Program-made: the position numbers and the translations under genes | Virus record (IMG/VR): IMGVR_UViG_3300031885_000004 | Location: 17,510 to 81,509 of that record | Strand: one strand, 5' to 3' | DNA length: 64,000 nucleotides | DNA from: a virus | Notes under the pieces: model-generated | The model's input: the letters and a program-made list of their open reading frames with translations, nothing else | What the model was told of the DNA's origin: nothing | The model's database searches: none | In this document: in pieces, positions 1-8,511 of the stretch | How positions within the stretch are numbered: the first letter of the stretch is position 1 | Layout of the letters: each line of letters opens with the position of its first letter

Positions 1-424
1 CACCTGGGACAGAATATTCATCTGGTCGTTCAAACTGACGATCAAGCCAACCTTCTCCCTCTATCTCAGCCATTGCTAGTAATGTATCGTCATAGTGCGT
101 CAACAAATTCCGTGGCCCAGTTACATCTGCTTGAATGTCTGGGTCTTCGGTTATTAACCTGGCAATTTTATTTAAATCGCTTCTTTTAGCATAAGGTTGT
201 GCGATCCGCTTATCTATGGCGTCTCCAATCTTAACCATCCCACTACCACCGCACATACCGCACACTTCACCAATACCTAAGATTGAGCTCTGACCACTCT
301 TAAGTATTGATTCATCGGTGCCATGGATTTGAATAATTGTTTGGAATTCCGCATCCTTGGCTGGGATGGCAACTTCAATAATCACAAAAGTCAAATCATC
401 AATGGCTTCGGTAAGCAATCTCAT
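1..424 (-). CDS. Partial hypothetical protein (runs off the window) with N-terminal MRLLTE, a CxxCxGxG motif and an internal IARLITEDPD motif
   Basis: Manual translation from ATG at 424: MRLLTEAIDDLTFV...GEVCGMCGGSG...DLNKIARLITEDPDIQ..., open to position 1. Starts immediately after the stop of the upstream ORF. Confidence 0.8.
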   Translation of the reverse strand, partial: MRLLTEAIDDLTFVIIEVAIPAKDAEFQTIIQIHGTDESILKSGQSSILGIGEVCGMCGGSGMVKIGDAIDKRIAQPYAKRSDLNKIARLITEDPDIQADVTGPRNLLTHYDDTLLAMAEIEGEGWLDRQFERPDEYSVPG

Positions 425-1579
425 TTAACGGCTCCCATAGAGTCTAATGAACTCTTTATTAAATTCTTCACCCTCATTTTTAAAAGCATCATCAAGCAAC
501 TCGCATGCAGCCCCAACACTATAACCTTTTTCAAGCAAATCTTGCCTATACTTGTCTTTCCTATCCTGCATATCTTTACCCCAACCATCAAGTTTATCCA
601 CACATTCCGGCTCTGCACCCCTGGCCGCATGATATTGTTCTGATCGTTCTATATTCGTTTGATCTTCATCTTCGTCTTCGTGTGGATTATCAACAAAAAT
701 GTTCTCATCCCTTGATTGATTAAATTTTATGGTTTCTTGGCCATGTGATCTTAATAATTGATTAATTCTAATTCGAATGTTTTCTCCAACTAAATCCCAA
801 AAATCTGATGGGGTTTCAGCATTAAATTTTGCATTTAGCGCCTGCAATACTTCCTCAGCAGCTGGTTCTGATGGCAAACCAGTTTCACCTGGTTTTACCA
901 TATAAGCCAAAACTGATCCATCGTGGTGTGTTGTGCCAAATAATTTGTCTATTGCGATTATTTTCTGTTGAACGGTTCCCCTAAGCAAGTGTGGTAGAAT
1001 TTTCTTATAATTATTCCACATTGTATACCACACACCAGAAGCACTAGTAACAGTGCCCCCGTATCGCACTTTCTCGGTTGCTCTATATACCTTCCAAATA
1101 CTATCTATGTCCTCAACCGATAATTCATCTGCTATACTCTCCTGAGTACCAGCCCATTCATTGACGTCGCCATTCGGGTATCTAAAAATATAACCAGGAA
1201 GTTTGGTCCGGTCGGATTTCCCACCAGGTATGACACCTTCTCTCTTATAAGCTTTAAACAATTTGTCCCACGATGATGCAAGACCACCACTAGCAATCCA
1301 AAAATCTTTGTCTGGAAACACATCAATGTCTTCAACTTGCAGCATTACTCTAGCGCCAATTTGCCTATGAAATTGGAAGGCCAAGTCTTGTGCTAACTGA
1401 TTTATTTCTGGTTCAAAATATTCAGAAATACCCTTGTCATATGCTTCTGCTCCAGCAATTGCATAAAAATCATAGATATTGTGAGCACTAATCCATTCGA
1501 CCAGCAATGCTGGAACATCTGGGTCTTCAGTTATCAATCTGGCTATATATTTAGGATCAACCAATTCAATTCTATTCAA
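425..1579 (-). CDS. Hypothetical protein with ITEDPD leader
   Basis: 384-aa ORF; N-terminus ...DPKYIARLITEDPDVPALLVE; acidic C-terminus. Confidence 0.8.
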   Translation of the reverse strand: MNRIELVDPKYIARLITEDPDVPALLVEWISAHNIYDFYAIAGAEAYDKGISEYFEPEINQLAQDLAFQFHRQIGARVMLQVEDIDVFPDKDFWIASGGLASSWDKLFKAYKREGVIPGGKSDRTKLPGYIFRYPNGDVNEWAGTQESIADELSVEDIDSIWKVYRATEKVRYGGTVTSASGVWYTMWNNYKKILPHLLRGTVQQKIIAIDKLFGTTHHDGSVLAYMVKPGETGLPSEPAAEEVLQALNAKFNAETPSDFWDLVGENIRIRINQLLRSHGQETIKFNQSRDENIFVDNPHEDEDEDQTNIERSEQYHAARGAEPECVDKLDGWGKDMQDRKDKYRQDLLEKGYSVGAACELLDDAFKNEGEEFNKEFIRLYGSR

Positions 1580-1756
1580 TACACCTAAAATATGTTTGAA
1601 AAACCAAAAATAACACGGAGGAAATTTTTATTGTGCTTAGTTTTTTAATAATATATTGTTCATATAACCATTCCTTGGAAACCATAATTTACCACCTCAA
1701 ATAGCATCCATTATGTCTCATAGTTTTACATCTTACATTTGATGTTGGTATATAGA

Positions 1757-1782
1757 AAGAGGGAGCCAAATGGCTCCCTCTT
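1757..1782. terminator. Stem-loop, probable intrinsic terminator downstream of 1883..2275
   Basis: AAGAGGGAGCCA-AA-TGGCTCCCTCTT inverted repeat; a second hairpin lies at 1840-1869. Confidence 0.6.
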
Positions 1783-1882
1783 GTTGTGTAGGCCCAGATT
1801 GCCCATACCCATAACCATCGCAACCAAGACCGCCAGCCAGAGATGGGGGAGGTCTCCCTCCCCCATCTCAGCCGTTGGGTGG

Positions 1883-2275
1883 TTAGCGATAGTTGGTGTT
1901 CGTGAGCAGATCCTGGGTGTTCTTGAAGAGGTCGTCGTGCACGTTGGCCGTAGACTTCTCGAGCATCTTGTCCTGCCCGATGACCACTGGGAAGTTGAGC
2001 CCAGCGATATTTTCCACAGCCGTCGAGAAAGGCACCACCGGCCTGAGGTAGCGGACCACAGGCAGCCCACGCCGATTAGAAGTAAGGTTCGTCTGCACGA
2101 TGTTCGCGTCCCCATCGAAGGTACTGATGATCTGAGTCTCACGTCCAGGAATGGCCATCACGAGAGGCCGCATGCGGTTGCACATGGCCTTGACGTTCTC
2201 GTGGCGAATCATCTGCCTGAACGACCGCACCCTTTGAAAAACCTTGATGTCCACGTTTGCTGGCTGACTGGCCAT
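1883..2275 (-). CDS. Hypothetical protein, possibly an abundant late protein
   Basis: AAGGAG SD, GC-biased codons, upstream CAAATATA motif, downstream hairpins. Confidence 0.7.
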   Translation of the reverse strand: MASQPANVDIKVFQRVRSFRQMIRHENVKAMCNRMRPLVMAIPGRETQIISTFDGDANIVQTNLTSNRRGLPVVRYLRPVVPFSTAVENIAGLNFPVVIGQDKMLEKSTANVHDDLFKNTQDLLTNTNYR

Positions 2276-2333
2276 CTCTCGATCTCCTTACTTTCAGTAT
2301 TTCAAATGCGTCCAACCTTCACTTTATATTTGC

Positions 2334-2876
2334 GTGAAAATGCGCGTTTGTAATATATGCGGTACGACAGATGACAAGGTGCCGTTCTATAGGCACCTCA
2401 ATAGATGTAGACCATGTGCACTTGAAATCATATCTGCGTATAACAAAAAGAGGAACCAAGATCAATCATATAAGAAAGCGAGAAGAGTAAGGTGGAGCCA
2501 ATGGCGGTCAAGAAATAATGTCGAGCGCAAAACAAAGCCTAAATCAGCAGAAAAGAGATTTGTGGCAGAACTAGTATCATCAACAAAGAGAGTCTATATG
2601 AAAAAAGATGCCGAATTTGATGTGAGTTCGGAATTCTTTAACCAACTATTAAATGCGCAGAATGGGTTATGCGCATTAAGTGGTGTGCGGCTTGAAAAAG
2701 ATCACTCATTATTAGGAGTAAGAATTGATAAGATAGACAACACAAAAGATTTCACAAAGGATAATACTCGCCTAATATGTGAAGGAATTAAGCGGCTAAA
2801 GAAAGATATGTCAGACGATGAAGTTAAGATATTTATTGGCGAACTGAAGCAAGTTATTATGATTAATTTACGATAA
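2334..2876 (+). CDS. Putative His-Me/HNH-like endonuclease with Zn fingers, possibly degenerate
   Basis: Two CxxC motifs; CALSG...RIDKIDNTKDFTKDNTRLIC resembles the phage SxDRIDxxxGYxxxN endonuclease motif. Confidence 0.55.
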   Translation: MKMRVCNICGTTDDKVPFYRHLNRCRPCALEIISAYNKKRNQDQSYKKARRVRWSQWRSRNNVERKTKPKSAEKRFVAELVSSTKRVYMKKDAEFDVSSEFFNQLLNAQNGLCALSGVRLEKDHSLLGVRIDKIDNTKDFTKDNTRLICEGIKRLKKDMSDDEVKIFIGELKQVIMINLR

Positions 2877-3846
2877 ACTGCGCGTTTCTGTACTTATCGC
2901 TATATGGATCTTTAATTATACCGCTTTTTATGATGTGAATAATTTCTTTAATTCCATCATCGACATCAACGATGGTGTCAAACCCCGCACATTTAATCTT
3001 AGCAAACGATACTGTTATGTCTCTCATGTCTCCGCCAAACGATAAGTCCTTGTATTCAACTTCAACATTAATTATAGACTTGATCTTGGTTATAACTTGC
3101 TCTTTAGATAGATTATTTGAGTCTGATCCGACGTTATATATCTGACCATCGAATTTGTTAGATGGCCACTCGAGAACCATAGCTATGGCTCTAATAATAT
3201 CAAATATGTGGCAAAATGATCTCCTATAGTCACGTTGATATATTGTTATCTTGCCTTTGGTTATTGCGTCCAATACAAATTGATTGATTATGAGATCAAA
3301 TCTGGTCCTTGGCGATGTGCCAAACAATGTGGCAAACCTAAATATTAGTGGTTTGCATATGTCATCCTTATGGTCTAGTAAGAATCTCTCCGCTTCAATT
3401 TTGGTTTCCGCGTAGAGTGATTGCGGGTTTAATGGCGACTCCTCAGTCACTGGCGAGTTATCTAATGATAACCCATAATTGCTATATGTGGATGCGAATA
3501 TGATCCTTGGCACCATTGACTCGCAAGCAGCCCCATAAACTCTCTTTGTACCATCAACATTATATGCTCTTGCAACTTGGCTACCAACCTGTTGGCAAAT
3601 CGGGAAGCCAACTAGAGCCGCTAGATGGATAACTACATCGGCATCTGAGAAGGCTGAGGCTAAATCTGCTTCGAGAATATCTTCAGCTATCATGTTGAAT
3701 CTACTGCCGAAGCACACGTAAGGCAGCATGTGCTCGCCGCCAAACATCATTTTGTCTATAATCGTAACATCATGACCAGCACATAACAGAAACCCAGTAA
3801 GTTTAGATCCAATGTATCCAGCTCCACCAGTTATAACTATATTCAT
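2863..3846 (-). CDS. NAD-dependent nucleotide-sugar epimerase/dehydratase
   Basis: TGGAGYIG Rossmann motif, HLAA, YAETK (YxxxK). Confidence 0.92.
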   Translation of the reverse strand: MNIVITGGAGYIGSKLTGFLLCAGHDVTIIDKMMFGGEHMLPYVCFGSRFNMIAEDILEADLASAFSDADVVIHLAALVGFPICQQVGSQVARAYNVDGTKRVYGAACESMVPRIIFASTYSNYGLSLDNSPVTEESPLNPQSLYAETKIEAERFLLDHKDDICKPLIFRFATLFGTSPRTRFDLIINQFVLDAITKGKITIYQRDYRRSFCHIFDIIRAIAMVLEWPSNKFDGQIYNVGSDSNNLSKEQVITKIKSIINVEVEYKDLSFGGDMRDITVSFAKIKCAGFDTIVDVDDGIKEIIHIIKSGIIKDPYSDKYRNAQFIVN

Positions 3847-3855
3847 GATATAATC

Positions 3856-5106
3856 CTATCCGCAAACAATCATTTCATCTAATTGTGCGCCGGTCCCAAC
3901 ATATATTAGCTCGGCTTTAGTTTCACGCAAGACTGGGATTATATTTTCATCGGCCCACATCGCGAATTTGTTAGTTACAATGTTGTTTTGGTGTGGGCGC
4001 ATTAAAGATCCAGTTAGCCTGCCATGTTTACCAGTCATTTCATAGTCAACATAATTTGCAAAATTAACCGATATAAATGTCTTCCCAAGCGTCGAGTTAT
4101 ACCTAATAGCTTGTATTAGATTCTCTTTACTAAATGTAAAGACTCTCCTTGGTAACTTGGTCACTGATGTCATTTCGATTATTGGTATTGGCGATCCGCT
4201 AGATTTCGTAACATCATCCCACGATATTTCCCTTTGGTCGCCATAACCAGGTCCAGAGTCACCGTGATATATCGTGACTTTCCTACCAGTTTGATTATAT
4301 CTCTGCGTTTCTTCCCAGGTTAAATGCTTCCCAGATTCGTCAAGATACTTATTGCTATTAATTCTGATTGGGAATGTCCTGCAATTAAGAACCACATTAC
4401 CGGCATATCTGACAGGAAGCATCATATCATCAAACCCAGCAGCCACAGTAACATTCCTAGATGTACAATGCGGGTACATCGGTCCCATTAGACTTAACTG
4501 AAACCCCTGTGCTATCTCAAGAAGGCCAGACTGACCACGGTCGAGCCTGGCCATTATCTCTTCCGATGTGTCGCAAATAAATTCTTTGAGTGATTCAATA
4601 TTCTTGGCAATCAGCACGTCGTCGCGTCTTAATACTCTCCTCGCCCTACATGCTCCAACTCCGTGACAGGTCGATCCAGCCTTCATTGTTCCTTCGTGCT
4701 TGGTCGGCTTGCCATCAAAGTCGACTTCGCCTCTCTCGAATGCAGAGTCTTTATCTTGAATTATGGTGGCAAGGGGGTGCATCCCTAAGCGTTTGGGTTT
4801 AATGTTGTTCTCTTCGATCTCCCTGAAGAATGCCTTAAGTTCTATTGACGATCCTGGTCCAATATACATCTTTTCATATTGGTCTAAATACGCGCAACTG
4901 TTAAGTGTTTGGTAGAAATAAGCCTTCCCAGGAAATCTAACCCAGTGACCTGCTTGAGCCGAAAAAGCGTTACAGCAGAATTGCCAGTTGTCGGCGTATT
5001 CGCACATGAACGAAGCAACCTTGCCTTTGCCAGAGCTCCCGGCGCTTGCGTCCATACAGATCGTCAACTTGCCTGGCTCAAAAACTTTATTTGTGTCGAA
5101 GCGCAT
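3856..5106 (-). CDS. purZ: PurZ-like N6-succino-2-amino-dAMP synthetase (adenylosuccinate synthetase family)
   Basis: GSSGKGK (Ser in place of the PurA catalytic Asp of GDEGKGK), AGH, EIAQG, YPHCTSR, PIR, SGxxYxDQxExxW, TSVTKLPRRVFTFS, NFANY instead of TKLD; AAAGGAG SD before ATG 5106. Confidence 0.82.
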   Translation of the reverse strand: MRFDTNKVFEPGKLTICMDASAGSSGKGKVASFMCEYADNWQFCCNAFSAQAGHWVRFPGKAYFYQTLNSCAYLDQYEKMYIGPGSSIELKAFFREIEENNIKPKRLGMHPLATIIQDKDSAFERGEVDFDGKPTKHEGTMKAGSTCHGVGACRARRVLRRDDVLIAKNIESLKEFICDTSEEIMARLDRGQSGLLEIAQGFQLSLMGPMYPHCTSRNVTVAAGFDDMMLPVRYAGNVVLNCRTFPIRINSNKYLDESGKHLTWEETQRYNQTGRKVTIYHGDSGPGYGDQREISWDDVTKSSGSPIPIIEMTSVTKLPRRVFTFSKENLIQAIRYNSTLGKTFISVNFANYVDYEMTGKHGRLTGSLMRPHQNNIVTNKFAMWADENIIPVLRETKAELIYVGTGAQLDEMIVCG

Positions 5107-5119
5107 GATATCTCCTTTA

Positions 5120-5800
5120 TCACTTAGCGGCATTAACCGCTTTGGCTGCCAATTCACCGGTTATGTGGAGGGCTTGTTGTAGTGTTACATCAAACACTAG
5201 TCTATTGTCGATTTTTAGTAGCTCATCAATCATGGTCGCGTCTATATTACCAGACACCTTTAGTGGTCTAGCTGTCATGCTTCGAATTCTCTCGATAGCT
5301 ATTGCATGTTCTTTGGCCCCAACATTAGGGATAACAAGGTGCTGATCAATTCTAATCATGTGTGGTGGATATTTGTCGCATGATTTGGTGAAATTGTCGA
5401 TTTCTTCTTTGGTTCTTGTATAATACCCGAACACATACCTAAGTTCAATAAGAGGATTAACCCTTCTCATTAATTCACCAATAGCTTTGACCTCATTAGA
5501 TGTTTCGATTTGAGTTTTTTTACTGGTCAGTAATATATCAATGCCCTCAACCCGAAGGGTCATTGGGTTGATCGTCTTAAGCTTATCTGTTGCGAAATTC
5601 TTCCCGTCTGGAAAGTCAATGGCTGCTATTAATTTAAACTGCCCTCCTTTGGTCGATCTGTCGGTTAACATCATTGGGGTAAATTCTGGAGCAATAACAA
5701 CAGCTGGGCATCTATATTTCACGGCAAAATTGGTGACTGCATTGTGATCGACGTCTGGTTTTAACATGTTGATTTCTAGGTGTGATGTAATATTAAACAT
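5120..5800 (-). CDS. Divergent DeoC-like (deoxyribose-phosphate aldolase-like) TIM-barrel protein
   Basis: AVVIAP, AAIDFPDG (compare TVIGFPLG), GIDI, LKVSGNI (compare VKASGGI); Schiff-base Lys motif not obvious. Confidence 0.55.
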   Translation of the reverse strand: MFNITSHLEINMLKPDVDHNAVTNFAVKYRCPAVVIAPEFTPMMLTDRSTKGGQFKLIAAIDFPDGKNFATDKLKTINPMTLRVEGIDILLTSKKTQIETSNEVKAIGELMRRVNPLIELRYVFGYYTRTKEEIDNFTKSCDKYPPHMIRIDQHLVIPNVGAKEHAIAIERIRSMTARPLKVSGNIDATMIDELLKIDNRLVFDVTLQQALHITGELAAKAVNAAK

Positions 5801-6416
5801 TGTTTCCTCCGTTCATTCGCTCTAGATCTTCTCGACGCCACGTTAGGAAAATCCATTTGACTGGGTCTAGTTTAATTAACCCTTTATCTATCTTTAAAAC
5901 ATGCTTTAATAGACTATCCCAGTCTTTGAAGAAAACGTTGCTATAATCATCGGCTGTTGATGCCGCGCCCAATATCCATGTTGAAGGAATTCCGTCTGGG
6001 CAACAAAACAACACTGGTTTGCCTTCATATATGGCGTCGTATACCTCCTCACAAGTCCCAAAAGTTGGTTTGATTGGCAAATAGCATATAACCCAATCCA
6101 CAGCACTAACAATTCTCAAGCATACTTTACGCATATAAGCATTAGCCGTGAATACATCGCGCACATTGATGGTGGTGAAGTTGTCCTCACCACATATTGT
6201 CTTAGCAATTGCGGGGCCGTCCCGCAGAACCTCCCTATACACAGCAGGATTAATGCGACATGATGATGGGAACCATTTTGGCTTGATTAATGGATCATAT
6301 ACTTTTATCCCAATCGCCGATAATTTAATGGCCAGCTCGTTTCTCCAAGAGCTGGCCATTAAATCGTGTTCAACTGGCCCTGCAAGATAGCAGGTGGTGT
6401 TGTGTAGTATGCTCAT
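5793..6416 (-). CDS. Nucleoside 2-deoxyribosyltransferase / nucleotide N-hydrolase-like protein
   Basis: YLAGPVE...WR...VYDP...DWVI...TFGTCEE...GKPV pattern of the NDT superfamily. Confidence 0.75.
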   Translation of the reverse strand: MSILHNTTCYLAGPVEHDLMASSWRNELAIKLSAIGIKVYDPLIKPKWFPSSCRINPAVYREVLRDGPAIAKTICGEDNFTTINVRDVFTANAYMRKVCLRIVSAVDWVICYLPIKPTFGTCEEVYDAIYEGKPVLFCCPDGIPSTWILGAASTADDYSNVFFKDWDSLLKHVLKIDKGLIKLDPVKWIFLTWRREDLERMNGGNNV

Positions 6417-6447
6417 GTGCAGTCAAATACGACCGCGCATGCATAAA

Positions 6448-6942
6448 CTACTTACTTTTCTTTCCCTTCTTACCACCACCAAGGTTGTAGATCGCAAGCG
6501 CCTTCTGCTTTACCTTTGGCGTGGTCTTGGAACTATCAATCGTCTTCTTAAGTTCTGTCCTAGAAATTTTTTGACCCTTCTTCTTGCCCAATGCTTTCCT
6601 AAGTGACCCCTTGGTCCCGCCCTTAGATGGCGGCTTATCTGCCTTCTTCAGCGCCGTCTGGCCCCATTTCTTGGCTTCCATAAGAAATGGGTTCATCCCA
6701 AAACCACGGCCAAAAACAACACTTGGCCTTGCTATGGCTCCCTCGGAAATGCTTTTTACAAACCCGCTTTTCGGCTGTGGTAGTTTAGAAACTGACTTTC
6801 CACGATTAATGCCAGCGGGCTTCGGCTTAGTAAATCCTGGGCCAAGCGTTACCATCCCATATTTTACGCCACCACCATGGCCTCCTTTGGCGGATGTTTT
6901 GGTCTGCTGACCCATTCTTGGTGAATTGGTTTTCTTTGCCAT
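6448..6942 (-). CDS. Highly basic Lys/Gly-rich protein, possibly nucleic-acid binding
   Basis: GGAGG SD, upstream CAAAAATA motif, very K/G-rich. Confidence 0.7.
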   Translation of the reverse strand: MAKKTNSPRMGQQTKTSAKGGHGGGVKYGMVTLGPGFTKPKPAGINRGKSVSKLPQPKSGFVKSISEGAIARPSVVFGRGFGMNPFLMEAKKWGQTALKKADKPPSKGGTKGSLRKALGKKKGQKISRTELKKTIDSSKTTPKVKQKALAIYNLGGGKKGKKSK

Positions 6943-6963
6943 GACTACCTCCTGTTTTACTAA

Positions 6964-8025
6964 TTATTTTTGCGCCTCAGTTTCCTTTTTGGTCAACAGT
7001 TCATTGGCTCGATTCAAAATAACATCTACCGCTCCAATTTGATCTAAATTTTCAAAGCTCGAGACAAATTTAAACTTATTGTGTGATGAGCAGAATGTAA
7101 ATCTCGCTAACTCCTCTGGCTTAAGGGTGCTAATAGCATAATCGTAATGCTCAGCTTCTTTTTCAAATCGTTTAATTCTATTCTCATTTGATACGTCTGG
7201 ATTCTGTCCATACCTGTGCAATTTGCCATCAACTGCACTCATGTCACATCCGAATATATATGATTTTTCATACCCCATCCACAATGCGACTTGCATCGAG
7301 GCGTACGTCGTTGATCGCCCAATATGGAATCCTCTAGTTAGGTCGCGTGAGAACCCCTTACCAGCCATCGTCTTAACCATAATTTGATTTGGATGTGTGG
7401 CCCTAACCGAAGATGCGTTAATAATTGTTCCTTGGTAGCTAGACCAAAATTCTTGATTTCTATTGTATTGTGATTGATCACAGAATATCCAATATTTGCT
7501 TGGCCAGACTCTTAACTCTGGTTTATTGATGCACATAATGTCTATTTTAACGTGCCCAAGCAACTTATCAAGAGGAGCTTGATTGATAGATGGCCCACAT
7601 GCTAAGATAACCAAAATTCTGCTATGCCCAATCCCTCGTAGGTTTCTTATCTTATCTAAGTGCTTCCCGAGAAGCGCGTCCTGTGCTTTACGAAGATGAC
7701 TTGGGCGCACCTGAGTTAGGGTTCTCTCTTTTGTCTTAGGTCTTATTATTGAAACTTGATTTGGTATCACAGACGATCTTGGTTTGGTGATGGTTGGCGC
7801 CAATGATGACTTTGGCGGCGTTCTTATAATGACGTGCTGCTGCGGTTTTACTGCTGGCACCCTATTATAAACTGTAGGTATTTTGACAGCTCCCTTTGGA
7901 TGTAGTGAAATTGATTGTGATATGGACGATACTTTTATAATTCTGACTGGTTTGAATATTGGATTAACTTTTAAATTCATATCATATATATTTTTGAATA
8001 TGTTATGTGATGACAGTCTTGTCAA
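6964..8025 (-). CDS. MAF_flag10/DUF115-like (sialyltransferase-like) domain with a basic N-terminal extension
   Basis: ILACGPS, MCINK, WIFCD, STTYASMQVALWMGYEKSYIFGCDM. Confidence 0.7.
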   Translation of the reverse strand: MTRLSSHNIFKNIYDMNLKVNPIFKPVRIIKVSSISQSISLHPKGAVKIPTVYNRVPAVKPQQHVIIRTPPKSSLAPTITKPRSSVIPNQVSIIRPKTKERTLTQVRPSHLRKAQDALLGKHLDKIRNLRGIGHSRILVILACGPSINQAPLDKLLGHVKIDIMCINKPELRVWPSKYWIFCDQSQYNRNQEFWSSYQGTIINASSVRATHPNQIMVKTMAGKGFSRDLTRGFHIGRSTTYASMQVALWMGYEKSYIFGCDMSAVDGKLHRYGQNPDVSNENRIKRFEKEAEHYDYAISTLKPEELARFTFCSSHNKFKFVSSFENLDQIGAVDVILNRANELLTKKETEAQK

Positions 8026-8440
8026 TAGTTGACAGAGAGCCCCAGATATGATTTAATTGCGTCGATGACAGCTGATCTTTGATGTCCACGTTGGATAAAG
8101 CTCTTTTTGCGTATTTAATTATGGCTGTCTTTCTGCGGGCGTCTCTGTTCTTTAAGCTGTATAAATGTCTGAAGATAGTCGTGGTTAGTAAATTGAATAC
8201 TGGTGCTCTATCATCAAACGTGAGTCTACCGTCTTTAATCTTATCCATGGTCAAAATAAATGCTTCGTGTGCTAGATCGGCGTGCTCTTCTTCATCTTTT
8301 GGTCTGAATTTAGTTGATATTCCGATACAGATCTTATAAACCTGTTGCTGGAGCCCTTCCCACGCGCTATCACATTTTTCTATTTTCCATTTAGACCAAT
8401 TTCGTTCGATTTCTTCTGAAGATACATAATTCATAATCAT
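8003..8440 (-). CDS. Small sigma-factor-like protein (region 2 only, similar to T4 gp55)
   Basis: EHADLAHEAFILTMDKI...FD....VFNLLTTTIFRHLYS resembles sigma regions 2.2-2.4. Confidence 0.6.
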   Translation of the reverse strand: MIMNYVSSEEIERNWSKWKIEKCDSAWEGLQQQVYKICIGISTKFRPKDEEEHADLAHEAFILTMDKIKDGRLTFDDRAPVFNLLTTTIFRHLYSLKNRDARRKTAIIKYAKRALSNVDIKDQLSSTQLNHIWGSLSTIDKTVIT

Positions 8441-8511
8441 CTCCTAAATATTGTTAAAATACATGGCAATATTAAAAATGCATTATATCATCTAAGAGGG
8501 AGGGAAACAAG

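Noticed and set aside
3856-5106. Ordinary purA
   Set aside because: It lacks the GDEGKG Asp and the TKLD GTP-specificity motif, and has PurZ-type residues instead.
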